Source: Callorhinchus milii
Taxonomy: Eukaryota
NCBI RefSeq assembly: GCF_018977255.1
Contig: NW_024704742.1
Location: 38,318,001 to 38,382,000 of the forward strand
Reading direction: 5' to 3'
Length of the DNA stretch: 64,000 nt
Below the pieces are notes generated by a model. It worked only from the letters and a program-made list of their open reading frames with translations, was not told the origin of the DNA and made no database searches. This document shows, in pieces, positions 13,420 to 28,429 of the stretch. The position numbers were made by a program, and so were the translations under genes. Positions within the stretch are counted from its first letter, which is position 1; every line of letters begins with the position of its first letter.

Positions 13420-13815
13420 AAAATTACATTTGTAAAGGGCCTTTACAAGGAGGAGGGTCTTGAGGAGTGAGTTGAAGGATCCAATGGATGGAGTGAGGTA
13501 AGGGAATGTGGGATGGAATTTGAGAGGCTGAAGGCCCGACCACCGATGGTGAGGCGGGGTGGACCAGATGGGGGACGTGGAGCAGGCTGGAGCGGAGGGA
13601 GCAGACAGGTTGATAGGGCTTTAGCAGGTCGGAGACGTAGGAGGGGACAAGGCCATGGAGGGCCTTGAAGGCGAAGACGAGAATTTTGAACTCGATCCTC
13701 TGAGGCGCGGGTGGGTGTGATACAGTCACGGAGCCTGGTGTAGGAGAGGACACAAGCTGCAGAGTTCTGGATGATCTGCAGTTTGTGGAGGGAAGAGTTG
13801 AGCCTGGTTAGACCA
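13420..13815 (-). mobile_element. L2 3' fragment
   Basis: ORF 13424..13753 (RIEFKILVFAFKALHGLVPSY) plus L2 tail. Confidence 0.85.
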
Positions 13816-14260
13816 ACGTCAGAGTATAGTGTTCAGTTTTGGGCTCCCAACTTCAAGGAATAATGTTAGAGAGATGCAGGGCGAGCAAAGAAAATTCACA
13901 AGCGTTAGCTGAGGTTTGGGAAATTATGTCTATGAAGAGAGGCTGGCCACATTGGGGCTTTCCCCATGAACAGAGGGATATGGCAGAGGTGTATAAAATT
14001 CTGGAGAGGCATGACAATGTAAAAAGGCTATGACAATTAGTTGGAAAAGAGGAAAGAGAATGGCTGAGTAGACCCCATCCCCCATATAATTTCTCTCGCC
14101 GCTGTGCAAGTCCCTTTTCCTCCATTCAGTGCTTTCCCCAACAGCTCACCATGTTGAAATTGTGCACACGAAACTCTGTGATGCATTTATGAATCACCTG
14201 ACCAGCTCAGTACGCCAGAATTTAAACAAGTAGGATGCTGAGCCATCAATATTAAAACTA

Positions 14261-14392
<132 letters not shown>

Positions 14393-15451
14393 CTATTTGA
14401 GAAAGTTGAAAGGGAAAATGAGACTCTCCAGAAATGTTACAAATACATATTCAGCAAAAACTGACCAAGCAGAAGAAAGATGAAACCAACAGGTTAAAAG
14501 TTAGTTAAAACACAAAGAATCATAGATTCACCAAAATTACAACATAGAAGGAGACTTCTCATTGAGCCAATAGTACGTGCTTTTCAATGAAGCTGTGCAA
14601 CAAAATACACTAATAATCCCAAATCTGTATTGTTTCTCCATATCATATGCAGTTTCATTACTCTGGTTCCTGACGTATGGTCAGGCAGGTCCACAGTACT
14701 CCAAGGCACTGATGCTGACAGACCAACCAGGATTCGGAGAGTCAGATTAGTCATTGGGGATTGAATTATTTCCACTCAGCTTCTGTTAACCTTGCAAGCT
14801 AAAGTCTTAATGTGCAGGATGATCCCCTAACATCCCTGCCCTCCACCCCTTCTGATCCCAACACCCAGCTCGGGTCCAAATTCCTGACTCCCAAGCATCT
14901 TTGGACGTTCTCCCAACCTGAAAGACGCTATACAAATGTAATTTGTTATGGTTGATCTTAGCTGGACAAGCAATTGTATCTGCTTAAACTCTAGCAGTAT
15001 CCCAACAAGCATTTGATGTGAGAGGAGTCACCTCACAATCCCCGAGGGAAATGATTCTTCAAAGTGTCCGCCAGTTCTATCAAGAATGATTCACAGATAA
15101 CCAGAGATAAAGTTCCTCTTACTAGTAAGCACAGTGACAGAGATACAATATCTGTTTGTATCAGGAATGTTGTTCATTGATGTTAACCCAAACTTTAGAA
15201 GAAAGTTTACTACTCTGCCAATATGGCATTTTCATTTTGCATACTGGTCATCCATAGGACTCGGTTACTGCTGAATTCAGAGCTGATCTGTGCTGTGAAC
15301 AGGCATCCATCTGGAAGTGGATTGAGAGTGACCACCTGTCGGAGCAGGATCTGAACCCAGATACACAATCTTCTTTTAGCTAAATGGAAGTCTTAGGCTC
15401 CAAACAATGTATACCTGTTCATCCACTCCTCTAGGATCCAGCTTTTCTTCA

Positions 15452-15640
<189 letters not shown>

Positions 15641-17545
15641 TTACAACATAGGTAAATTACAATATTTAAAGTTCAAGTTACTAGCCAGAGGTTGCAGTGC
15701 TAGAAGTCACCAGAACTAGAACTAGTATTATGGTAAGTACCCAAATGTGTAGCTAGTGCAGTGAGAATACAGTTGAACCTCACCTTAAGAAATGAGGGCA
15801 ACTCACAATTCAGACTACTTTTTTTTCCCCCACAGTGGTTTATTTATGCTTAAATAATGAGGGCAAAATAGGGCCATTAACTCCCCTTTATTGGGAATTT
15901 CCATTATAGCAATCTGTATCTGCAGTTTCCACTGTTTGTGTCTGCAATTTCCCAAATGGCAGTTCTTAACATGAACTGAGAAGCGGGAAGGACTAAGAAA
16001 GGGCCAGACAATGTCCCAGGGGAGAAACACACGCCCAGCAGTGAATCTTTGACTCTCACTTGGGAGCTGGTCACAGGTCACTCTCTTGGCTAGGGATAGC
16101 ACTTGATGCTGGATGATTGGAGGAGGGGGGTGGTTATTATTATTAATTGTATAATTCAACAATCTCATATCCCTGCAATCTATTCAATTTTGGGGTTGCA
16201 GCTACTTTCCTTCACACCACTCAACATCCAGGACTAGTTCACCCAACATTGTAAAACTGGTACATTTTTTCATTTGTCACAGAACCAGGTTAAAATTCTT
16301 CTTGTATGATGCACTGAGACAGTAACTATTACCCAGACAGTAACCAATTTAATATGGCGTGTTCAAGAGGTAACCAAAGTGTGGAGTGCATTCCTGCTAC
16401 AGTCAGCAATAAGTGTGTTAGCACCGATTAACAATTATGTATTGTAGTGCCAAAATATCACTGAAATCTAACCAGACTCCCTAAAGTTAATTAATTATGG
16501 TAAGTACCCAAATATTGCAGTGCATCAAAGCTTCAAAGTGCTGTACCATTTAAAGCTATGGGGAAAGGGAAATAAAACCATCCCACCAGACCACTCACAA
16601 ACAGCCAACCAGTCAGTGCATAGAAAGAAGCCTGAGTGCAGGCTTCCTGCTACCCATGTGGCAGTGTATAAAAAGAGGGGAGACCACTACAGGATTTGAA
16701 TTAGAAATTCTGGGCAGACGCAGTTTCTAACATTCATCTCAATTAATGGCATTTCTAAGGTGGTGGACAAAACAATAATAATAATCCTTAATATAGCACC
16801 TTATCAAGTCTTCGAGAAGTCTCAAAGCGCTTCACAGAATATACTATAAAATTAATTGACTGTATATTTTGTGGACATAAAAGTCACTTTACATAAAAAC
16901 ACAGAAGTATCAAAGCACCTTGCACATTTATAATAGTCTAGATTCTAATAAAATTGATACGTTAAAGGTTTTTTCTTATATCACAATCACAATATAAATA
17001 AAACACTTGACAAGCCACTGAATCCAGATTTAATCAAACTCATGAACAGAGTCATTGGCTTATCACTGAATATCCTCCACATTATCAAAACATTTTCCAA
17101 TGAAAGGAATGGCAAGCTTTACTATGGTGTTACTGACATCCCGAAGTGTTAAAACTGGAATGAGACCAGTGGCATTCTGCCTTACATAAACGGTTTGCAA
17201 ATTTAAATGAAAAATTAAAAATGCAGTAGGATAGCTATTCCTCCAGACCAGGTTCACAAGAGCAAGCTGAGGAAACTATAGTGATAGTACCTCATGCTAC
17301 CTATCAAAATGTTTGGTCTATCAGTAAGAACAGACGACCACATCTTGCTTTCCACCTGACCCATAGCCAGGATGCAAGGGAGGAGGTTGTTGAGACTGCA
17401 TTATCCACAACTATTGCATTTTTAATTTTTTTTAAAAAAAGCGAATGCTCTCAGGAATAAATGAGAGTGTTAAAACAGCATTGAAAAGCGTACCATTCCG
17501 ACAAGGCATGCTATCAGCATCGTGCACAAACCATTCTACACACTA

Positions 17546-17788
<243 letters not shown>

Positions 17789-19076
17789 TCAACAAGACTA
17801 GAATTATTTATTTAAATTGTTTTAACACAATCTTCAATCATAGACTCTTACAGACCAGAAGCAGGTCATTTGACCCATCAAGTCTGCACTGGTGTTTTTC
17901 TCCACGAGCCATCCAATCTCAGATTACTGCCTACTCCTCGTACCATTGAATACTTTTTTTCATAAGTTTAATTTCCTTTTAATATCTCTCCCACATGTTT
18001 ATGAACACAATCAGAACTGGGTTTCCGCAGTGGCAAACTTTCCAAATGTACTTTTGTGATATATAATCGACAGTTTGGATACATAAGAATTTAGGATAAA
18101 CCTAAAAAAAACTATAATGGTGTGATTTTTAAACTGTGTGTAGCATGGAAACACAACCAACCCTTTGTGACAGTGTAAAGCTTTATATCCATTATGTCCA
18201 ACTGATTAAAAAAATAGCCTAGTTTACATCAAGATTAAAGTTTCCAACTTTGAGACAGGTAATTGGCTGAACGCAACTGTTAGCTTACTTCTTACTCTTA
18301 CAGCTGCTGGGTTTACACACACGCCACACACACACGCTATTTTATAACGTTTTCTCTATTTATGCTCCGACAGTTAAAAACAAAGCATAAACATTAACTC
18401 TGAATCCATTTCTCAGGCTAAATCTCTAGGCTTTTTCTCTGCAATGAATTTTAATTGTGTATTGCATGGAAACAAAATCAGTTTCCATGCACCAGATTAG
18501 ATGCATAAAATTCACCTTAGAAAATGTGGAAAACATTTATCCACAACAACAAGCCTTGGTTGAGAATTTAACAACTGGCTCTCCCAAACATTTGGAATCA
18601 AGTGCTTCACATGAAAATAGTACATCCTTTAATATTGAATACTAAGATGCAATTTATGCCTTTTTGATTTGAGGATACGGCAATTGTATGCAAAAACTTT
18701 AAACTGTTGAGAAGTTAATTACTGAAGCAGGGTAGTTGTACTGGTACTGTTGGGATTTATAGCTAGAGATCTGGGCTCAAATCGGATAACTGGTGACATT
18801 TAGACTGCAGACTTTACAGACAAGGTTTCTTGCATCTGAACTGGCTCACTGGCCAAGGGACAGTGTGGAGCACAGCTATGAAGAAGTCTGCAGCCCACAC
18901 CTTCCCATTCTCTTGCCTGAAGTTCAAAGTAGTTGGTTGCAAAAATACATTACAACGAGAGCAAAATTACAATTAAAATATATTTCTGCAAATGCTCTGT
19001 TCTTCAGTTGCAGGTGTAAATTATCCATCCATAGAGAACACCAGGTAAATTCAATATTTTAGATATTGTTGGCCTA

Positions 19077-19334
<258 letters not shown>

Positions 19335-19679
19335 TCAAAAGCAGAGAATATTTTATTTTCAGAATATCAAAACCTTTCAATTATCTAAAGGATCTAAGTG
19401 ATAAAAAGTACAGGTTATTTCTTGTAAATAATCCTGGTTTATTAATATTTTTTAAAAGACTTCAAGATTATCTTGGTAAACAGAATTTCAAATATTTGAA
19501 TGAATTGAGACTCATGTTGTATGATTCCTTCTGCTGCATCGCCCAAATAGCTGTTCTTCAAGTTTGAGCCGAGACAGTATGTCTGGAGCAATGTGGGTAC
19601 CACAGCCAAGCCTGGACCTGTCCACATCTGGTGACATACAACATGTTCTTCAGCAGGGCTGATGTGTTCCTTGCCTTCC

Positions 19680-21920
19680 ACAACAACAACAAAAAGATTG
19701 CATTTATAGAGCGCCTTTCACGTCGGGAGGACGTCCCAAGGGGCTGGACAGTTGGGTCGGGACCTGAGCAGGGGGGAAATGGTCAGGGTGAGGGGAGGGA
19801 AGGGAGGGAGCGAGGAGGGGGTAGAGAGTCGAGAGGGGAGCTGAAGGCACTGTTGAAGAGAAAGGTCTTGAGACCGGCCTTGAAGGAGGAAAGGGAGGAG
19901 GCGGCGAAGGCACTGGGGGATAGAGTTCCAGAGCCTGGGGGCTGAGAGGCTGAAAGCCCAGCCACTGATGGTAGGGCAGTTAGGGCGGGGGATGTGGAGC
20001 AGACCGGAGCCAGAGGAACGGAGGGTACGGGCAGGTACGTGGGGGGATAGTAGGTCGGAGAGGTAGGGGGGGTGCAAGGCCGCGAATGGCCTTGTAGGTG
20101 AGGATGAGGATCTTGAATTCGATCCTCTGGGGGATGGGGAGCCAGTGGAGGCGAGTGAGGGTGGGAGTGATGTGGTTGCGAAGCCTGGTGCGGGACAGTA
20201 CACGAGCTGCAGAGTTCTGAATGACCTGCAGCTTGTGGCGGGAGGTGCCGGGAAGGCCCGCACCTGGCTCTTCAGTGAGCGGAGGTGGGTGGTGAACCAG
20301 GGGGAGGAGCGAGAGTAAGAGACAATACGGGAGGTGATGGGGGCAAGAGTGTCGAGTGTTGAGGAGAGGGTGTTGTGGAGGAGGGTGAGAGCAGAAGAGG
20401 GGTCAGTGAGGGATGAAGGCCAGAGGGAGAGGAGTTCAGAGGACGCCAAGTCAGTGGTTAGAGATTGTGGGGGTAACTTCTTCCAGGGGCTGTAGAAGAT
20501 GGTGGTGGGTCTGGTGGGGGTAAGGTGTGGGGTGGACGCGGTGAAGGAGATGAAGTGGTGATCGGAGACGGCCTTTTCGGTAATGGTGACATCCGAGACA
20601 CTGAGGCCCCGGGTGATCACCAAATCAAGTGGGTAGCCGTGAATGTGAGTGGCAGAGTTGATGTGGAGGGAGTTGATGTGGGAGAGGTTGAGCGAGGAGA
20701 GGAGGGAGGAGAAGTCCGAGGAGATGGAGCAGGAGGGGGTGAAGTGCAGGTTTAAATCGCTCAGGATGATGAGGCGATCAGAGCAGATACAGAGAGATGT
20801 TAGGAGGGTAGAAATATCGGTGATGAAGGTGGGGGAGGTTTTAGGGGGCCGGTAGAGGAGGAGAATTTTGGATGAGAGATGGGAGGGGTGGGAAAGGGTG
20901 AGGTGCTCAAAAGAGAGGAAAGAGCCAGAGGAGTAGGGGGAATAGGGCAAGTGGTGTCCTTGAGATAAGGGCTACACCACCGCAACAGCGGTTGGGGCGA
21001 GGGATGTGGTGGGAGGTGTAGCCGGGTGGTGTGGCCTCCGTGAGGGGGAAGGTGTCGCCTGGGGTGAGCCAGGTTTCAGTTAAGGCCATGATGTCAACAC
21101 TCTCATCAAGGATGAGATCGTTGATGACCAGGGCCTTATTACTGAGGGAGCGGACGTTTTGTAGTCCGATGTGGAGGGAGCGGTTGACAAGAGTGTGTGT
21201 GGGGAGGGAGGTCCAGGTTGTGGGGCAGGGGTGGGGGGGATGGGGGAGGAGAGGTTGGCTCCCCGGGTCTGAGTCCCGGGTGGCTGGCAAATGTGGTGGG
21301 GAATAGGGCAGTCGGTGTGGTTGCTGCTGGTCAGCCAACACCGAGTGCCACGGTGAGCCCGGCGGAAGATTCCCAGGCTGGAACAGAGGGAGGTTGTGGG
21401 AGGATCAAGTGGGGATAGAAGGCGAGGGGGACGGAGAGAGAGGACAGAGCGGGAGAGATGCAGAGGGGGGAGAGAGGAGGGGGGAGGACGGAGGGAGGGA
21501 GGGGCTGAGGGGGCTCGGGTCAGAGCGGCAGCCATAATGCGCACGCAGGGACCGGTGCGAGCGGTCAGGTGGGCGACATTAGCCCATAGGCTGGGGCTGC
21601 CAACCCAACAGGAGCATAGTGTTCCCTGATGCGAGCCCTGGGGGGACGTAGAGGATTTTTTTTTTTGGTTTGTTTTTTTGTTTTTGCGGGCGCACACTCC
21701 TGAATCTAAACTATGACGTCAGCGGTTCCCCGCTCCGCCCCCACCCCCCACCACCAACAGCAGCACCCAGCTGAACTCCCTGCCACCTCAAGCTTTATAC
21801 TACCTGAAAGGTAGGCCCAGGCTCCTCCCCGCGCTGTCCTGCCGCCGCTTCCCGTGGGCGACATTAGCCCATAGGCTGGGGCTGGCCCCAGGAACACTGA
21901 GGCCAAATAGTGTTACCCAC
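19680..21920 (-). mobile_element. Young L2 LINE retaining 5' leader and APE endonuclease, RT removed by internal deletion
   Basis: ATG at 21535 (MAAALTR...SLGIFRRAHRGTR); APE motifs LQNVRSL, LTETWL, YRPP, SDHH; jump to the C-terminal region at ~20257; stem-loop and (TTG)n tail at 19680. Confidence 0.92.
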
Positions 21921-21969
21921 TGCTTCTTCAGACAAGATCACTAACCCAGTCAACCTGTGATCAATGGGT

Positions 21970-22380
21970 CAGCGTGGATCAGTTTGTAGCACTCTCACCT
22001 CAGAGACAGAATTTTGTGGGTTCAAGCCCCACATCAGGACTTTGAACTCATATAGTCTAAGATGACACTCCAATGCAGTGCTGGGGTGTGCTGCATTGTT
22101 GGAAGAGCTGTTCTTCGGACGAGACATTAAACTAAGGTCCGTTTGCTTGTTCAGGATCCCATGATACTATTCGAAAGGTGGAGTTTCTCAGTGTCCTGGT
22201 CAACAATCCCCCCAAATAAAAATGGCCATTCATTTCATGACTGTTTGTGGGATATTGCTGTGCAAATCGGCTGCCATGTTTACCCACAAAACACAGTCAC
22301 TGCAGTACATCCTGTGAAGCGCTTTGGGATGTCAATCTGAATGAAAGGCACTCTACCAAATGTGAGAATTATCATCATTA
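21970..22380 (+). mobile_element. Older Deu-domain SINE (DeuSINE-like)
   Basis: tRNA-like head, central cggacgagacattaaac...gatcccatg block resembling the Deu domain, L2-like tail. Confidence 0.75.
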
Positions 22381-22616
22381 TCAAACCATTAAACCGCATT
22401 GGTATAATTTTCTAGGGCAAAGTGGACAGCGATTCCAAAGACTTAAATTCCTATTTGTGTTAAGAGCAGCAAAGCGACATTGTTGATTTCTATTGAGATT
22501 TCCCCCATTATAAATCACAAATCATCAGAGTTGTGACACGGAACACCAAAAGGAAAGTCAGTCATTGACTCCTCAAGTTGTACAAACGTTCTTACTGATA
22601 AATAAACCTTCAATTA

Positions 22617-22856
<240 letters not shown>

Positions 22857-23404
22857 CTATATTGCTCATCTCAAACACAGAGTTTAGGCCAAGTGCTTTC
22901 TCAGTAATGGGGGAGGGAGGGTGAAGAGGAGATAATTGGGATTACAGTAATTACTAAGCCAGTTTCACACCCCTCCTACCAGTCAACTCCAAAGAGGTAC
23001 TGGAGCAAGTCTGGAAGCAGAGCACACATCTCCCATACTTACCCTAGAATATTTACATCCCAGGGAATCCAGAAGATGACACAATCAGAACTTCAAAAGT
23101 CTTCATTGAAAGAATACATCTTTATACTGTATTACAAGATTAGAAATGATAACCCTCCTAATTTCCCCTTCCCTAGCCCTGGGACCCTGAAGCTAATTTA
23201 CAGCATTTTCAATGCTTCCTATGTGTGAGATAAAATAAAATAATTAAAGAATGTCAGGGGTCCAACGGCTCTTTGTTTTGACTAGGTAAATTCCTGTTAA
23301 ACGATGAGAGGTTTTATTTAGTCACAACAACCTGTGGCTTGCACCACTCATTCTTAGAGCAGCTTGTTGTATTTTTGTGTTATAACCAGCACTGATTATA
23401 CAAT

Positions 23405-23660
23405 GCAAAATTACATTTGTAAAGCACCTTTCACATCGGAAGGATGTCCAATGGTGCTGGACAGTCAAGGATTAGGACCTGAGCGGTGGGGGGGGGGGGG
23501 TTGAGATCAGGGAGGGTGGAGGGCAAAGAGGGTGGCCAAAGACACTGTCGAAGAACAGGGGTCTTGAGGTGTGTCTTGAAGGAGGCAAGGGAGGGAGCAA
23601 GGCGAAAGGAATGTGGGATGAAGTTCCAGGGTGTGGGGGCAGAGAGGCTGAAGCCCAGAG
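23405..23660 (-). mobile_element. L2 3' end fragment
   Basis: SFKTHLKT motif and L2 tail; lies ~60 nt from the COPS4 exon 4 donor. Confidence 0.8.
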
Positions 23661-23716
23661 AAATAACTATACCTAGTATAGCACCTAAAGCCCAGAGAGA
23701 GACCATCCAAAACTTA

Positions 23717-23821
<105 letters not shown>

Positions 23822-25011
23822 CTAAGAAATGAATCACACCGGCAATTAACTTCTTTTCAAAGTACTGAAATAAAAAAAACATTACTTTTAAGCTACTGCA
23901 GAAGTTAAAGATATTGTTACCACCTCCACTTTTGATCACTGTGTACAATCCAAACAGATGGGTATCAGATAACCTGCCACTACCATAGAATTATCTGGGC
24001 TATTTGAGCATAGATGCAGTGCATTCAGCCTAACTAGTCAGTGAAGGCTTTTATATACTATATGAACCATCATCCCTCCTAATCTCCCATCCTATACCCC
24101 TCTGTTCCCTTCTTCCTTAAGTACACATCAACTGTTCTCTTACGTATGTTGATGCCATATCAATGGGATAACAAGTAGTCAGGTGGAACCTCGGTGTCTT
24201 ACCAACAAAATTCCACTGCCCATGGGAAACTATTGAAGTTCTGCTCTACACTCCCGTCCCCCTACCATCAACAGAAGGGTCAGGATTATGAACATAAACA
24301 CATACTACTATGAAATTGTACTTCAGAGCATTAACCTACTGCCCCCACCCAATCAGATTTGGCTGTGATCTCCACATTCCAATAGCCCCCTAAACTCACA
24401 TAAGGCCAATTCTGTGAACTTGTGGTATACCGGAAACACCAACCGACCTGCTTCACGCACATACGCTCTGTGTACTGCACATGTCCATTGTTTTTGGAAA
24501 GCACACTGACCTCACTTCACGGAGAAAGTGACATCAGCGTGCTTCCTGTATATAACATGCAGGAAATGGCATCAGCAGCTATTTGACAACCCGAAAGCAA
24601 TGACTAGTTCATATGTTACGAAGCATGTTAACATAGAGTTTGTATGTTATAAGTTCACAGACCCAGACCACCAGATTATAATGGAGTTGGTCTGTTTTTA
24701 CAAGGATCACTTGGGCAAGGAACCAGATGGCTATCAGAACCATCCAACCATCCCACTCAATAGCACCAATGTCCTGAAGAGAGAAGATGGGAGAAGTAAA
24801 AAGGATTTTAAACAGAAATAAGAGAAAGATGATAAATTATGAAAAAATGAGAAAAGGTTTTTAAACCTATTTGTTCAGGTTTTTTCCAGCGATCAATAAA
24901 AATGACATTTGTTGTGCTCCCTGTTCTTTGCTCGAACTTGCAATTTGACATTTGTGAATCGTGTCATCCTATATTCACAAATTACAAGTTAGAATTAAAG
25001 CAAAGAATTCA

Positions 25012-25245
<234 letters not shown>

Positions 25246-25424
25246 TCACAAGATTTCAGTAGGTTACATAATACTAAGAACTTGCCACTGCTGGTTTATT
25301 TCACTTGGCTTGTTAAAAGAGAAAAGCCACTTATACAAATGTACTTCACAATTAATTACTGCATGAGTATTAAAGATTGCATTCTACAATAGAGACTTCT
25401 ATAGTTTACATTTACACTAGGTGT

Positions 25425-26260
25425 CAGCCTAGTTCAGATGGTAGCACACTCGCGGGTGTGAATTGTGGGCTAAGTCCTATGTTGGGACTTTGAACTCACA
25501 TTCCAGACTGACACTTCAATGCAGTCCTGGGGGTGTGCTGCATTACTGAAGTTGTCATCTTCCAGATGGGCTGTTAAACCGAGGCTGTGTTTGCCTGATC
25601 AGGCAGTGTCCTGGCCAACGATCCTAGCCAACAATCCCCCAAATAAAAATCAGTCACTCATTTCATGAATGTTTGTGGGACTTAGCACAAATTGGCTGCC
25701 ACATTCACCTACAAATACAGTTACTACGTTTCATAGTAGTCTCATGAATGCTTTGAAGCATCTTGACAAGGTAATAAGGCTCTATTATCAAATGAAAGGT
25801 TATTATTATTTATTGTGAGCTAACATTCTACACCAGATTGAAAAGACATTGGAACAGGGGCTCCTTATAGGGGCTCCTTCCACAAGATCAAAGTCAGTAG
25901 GTTGCCCCACTTCAGGAATTGAAACTCATATGGTCTAAAGCTGACACTCCAATGCAGTGTTGGGAGATCCATCACTGCATTGTTTGAGGTGCTGTCCTTT
26001 GGATGAGATATTAATATGAGACCCATTCAGGTGAATGTTAAAGAACTATGGCACTATTTGAATATTGAAGGAAGTTTCTCTCAGTCTTCTGGCTAACAAT
26101 CCCCCACATTGAATCGGTCACTCACTTCATGTCTGTGTGCAAAACTGTGTTTGCCCACAAAAGCAGTCAATGCACTTTACAGTATATTCTGTGAAGCACT
26201 TTGGAATGATCTCTCAATGGGAAATATGTTGTACCAAATGTAAGGATAATAACTATTATC
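25425..26260 (+). mobile_element. Two tandem older DeuSINE-like copies (~25425-25812 and ~25900-26260)
   Basis: Same body as the 21970-22380 copy. Confidence 0.7.
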
Positions 26261-26398
26261 ATCCACTTTACAATTGAACACAAAATGAGATTAATGATGC
26301 CCTTAAAAATATGGTTGCCTTATCAAAACACTAAAAAATATAGCACATGATAGAATGCTTGTTGCTGCAGACAGCATGTAGTAGAGTAATGCACTTAC

Positions 26399-26478
26399 TG
26401 GCCTCAACAAAAGCCTTCAGAGCTTCCAGCTGCTCAGAGCCTGTGAGTTGCATGGCTTTTTCCAGGATCTGACGATAT
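26399..26478 (-). CDS. COPS4: COPS4 exon 2 ([26 protein letters not shown])
   Basis: tttcgtag acceptor, gtaagt donor, 80 nt, phase consistent. Confidence 0.96.
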
Positions 26479-27029
26479 CTACGAAAGAATACAACAGTAG
26501 GTTAAAGGCCAATCAAGGAATCAATACCCTTGCCAGCATCACAATCTTTTTCACAACAATTTATTTCAAGGATTAAAGCACAGGCAACACTGTTCAGTTC
26601 ATGCCCAATTGCAGAAGTAGATATATTCCTTTTATTAACAACAGAAAGCAAATAATGAGAAAAGGTTAGTCCATCAAGCTGGTTCCTTTCGTAGGCAATC
26701 CACAATGCACTCAGTCATAGCAGTACCCAAACCATACAATCTCCTGACTAAAGATTTTAAAAAGCTTTTCCTTGTCTCAAAATCCCTCTCCCATAAATCA
26801 AGAAAAACTCCTCTTAATTTTCCCCTAATGTACGTTTCCCATAGTCCTAGATCAGGAACTCCTGGTCTGGCTCAGTTGGTGATAATAAAGATCTTTATTG
26901 TCCACTAGAATAAAAGTTTCATCTTGGACTCAGGAGCTCAAAGTCTCAACAACCTTCTGATTCAGAGGCAGCAGTGTCACCAATTGAGCCAAGCCAGGTT
27001 GAGATACTATTCAAAAAGGAGAGTTTCTT

Positions 27030-27432
27030 CCTGGCTCAGTGGTAGCCTCTGAGTCAGAAGATTGTGGTTCAAGCCCCACGTGAGAACTTGAGCTCACAGT
27101 CTAAGCTGATACTCCAATGCAATGCTGGATGGGGGGTTTGCATTGTTGGAGGTGCTATCCTTCGGATGAAACATTAAACTGAGGTCCTGTCTGCCTGTTC
27201 AGATGGACATTATTTATCATGGCATGATTGGAAAAGAGAAGGGAGTTTCTCTCAATGTCCTTGCCAACAATCCTACAAATGAAATTTGGTCACTCCCTTC
27301 ATGGCTGGTTGTGGAACATTGTTTTTTGCAGATTGGCTCTCTTTGTATTTGCCCACAAATACAGTCACTCCACAGTAAACTCCATGAATCGCTTTGAAAG
27401 GCACTATACCAAATGTAAGGATAATTATAATA
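27030..27432 (+). mobile_element. Older DeuSINE-like copy
   Basis: ggctcagtgg...ggttcaagccc head; ggaggtgctatccttcggatgaaacattaaactgagg Deu-like core; tail. Confidence 0.75.
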
Positions 27433-28429
27433 TTTATCCAGCTGATATAATTTTGACACATTAACTCCAGCAATGCCAAGTCCAAATCATGCCATATTTA
27501 TACAGCTCTAACACTTTAGCATAGCCCTCATACCCCTGGAGTTTCCATTTTTTTNATTTCATGCACATAGAATTGTACATATTGTTGAGCTGCTGTAAAG
27601 CCAATACACTTTAGGCATTTTTTTTCTACTGACTGATGCCAAAGTAACACTAGCCGAGTCCAGGAGATGTGTCTCAATATTAAATAACTTTGATTCCAGC
27701 CTTCTTTAACAGAAAAGTTACCATTATTTTGATTGGGGTAATCAGAAAAAAACAGCACACGCCCAAAGAGTTTAGCATGGAGTCTCACACATTATTATGA
27801 CCTCAATGACAGAAGACAGGTCAGCAGGGAAAGTGCGACAAGTTATTGCTTTTTCATGAATGGCTTGACTGCAACAGATACTATTACTAGCAAACCCAAA
27901 GCTTGAAAGTATTAAATAGCTTGCTTCCCTCTACGTTATCCTTTCCTCTCACTAAAACATGGATTTTGTTTTTAAATCTTCTTTTTCTTAATAGTTTAGT
28001 TTTATACATTTCTGGTCATAACTTAGATCCTCAAGCTCCAGAACCACCCTTGTTGCTTTTCTTTGAATACCTAATGTGTAAATTGACCAGTCACATTCGC
28101 CCACAAATACAGTCACTACATTTAACAGCAATTACTGTAAACTACTTTGAGATGTTTCAATGTTTTAGGCTTTATATCCACCATGCAAACCAGAGAACAT
28201 ATCAAAGAGCTCATATAATATTTATCCAATGCATCTAAAAATTATGTACTTGCAACTTTGACACGTGTGTACCATTCAATCAGGCATGCCCACAGCACAT
28301 ATTTAAAAGATTCACTAACATGCATCTTCTGTTTTGTTCCATTAATCAGTAGCATGAGGAAACAATTGATTGTTTAATTTGATTGCTAAAGTTAATTGGG
28401 AGAATAATGCAAATATTTTTGAGAAGAGT

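Noticed and set aside
27555..27555. Single ambiguous base n
   Set aside because: Assembly ambiguity next to a T run, with no biological meaning
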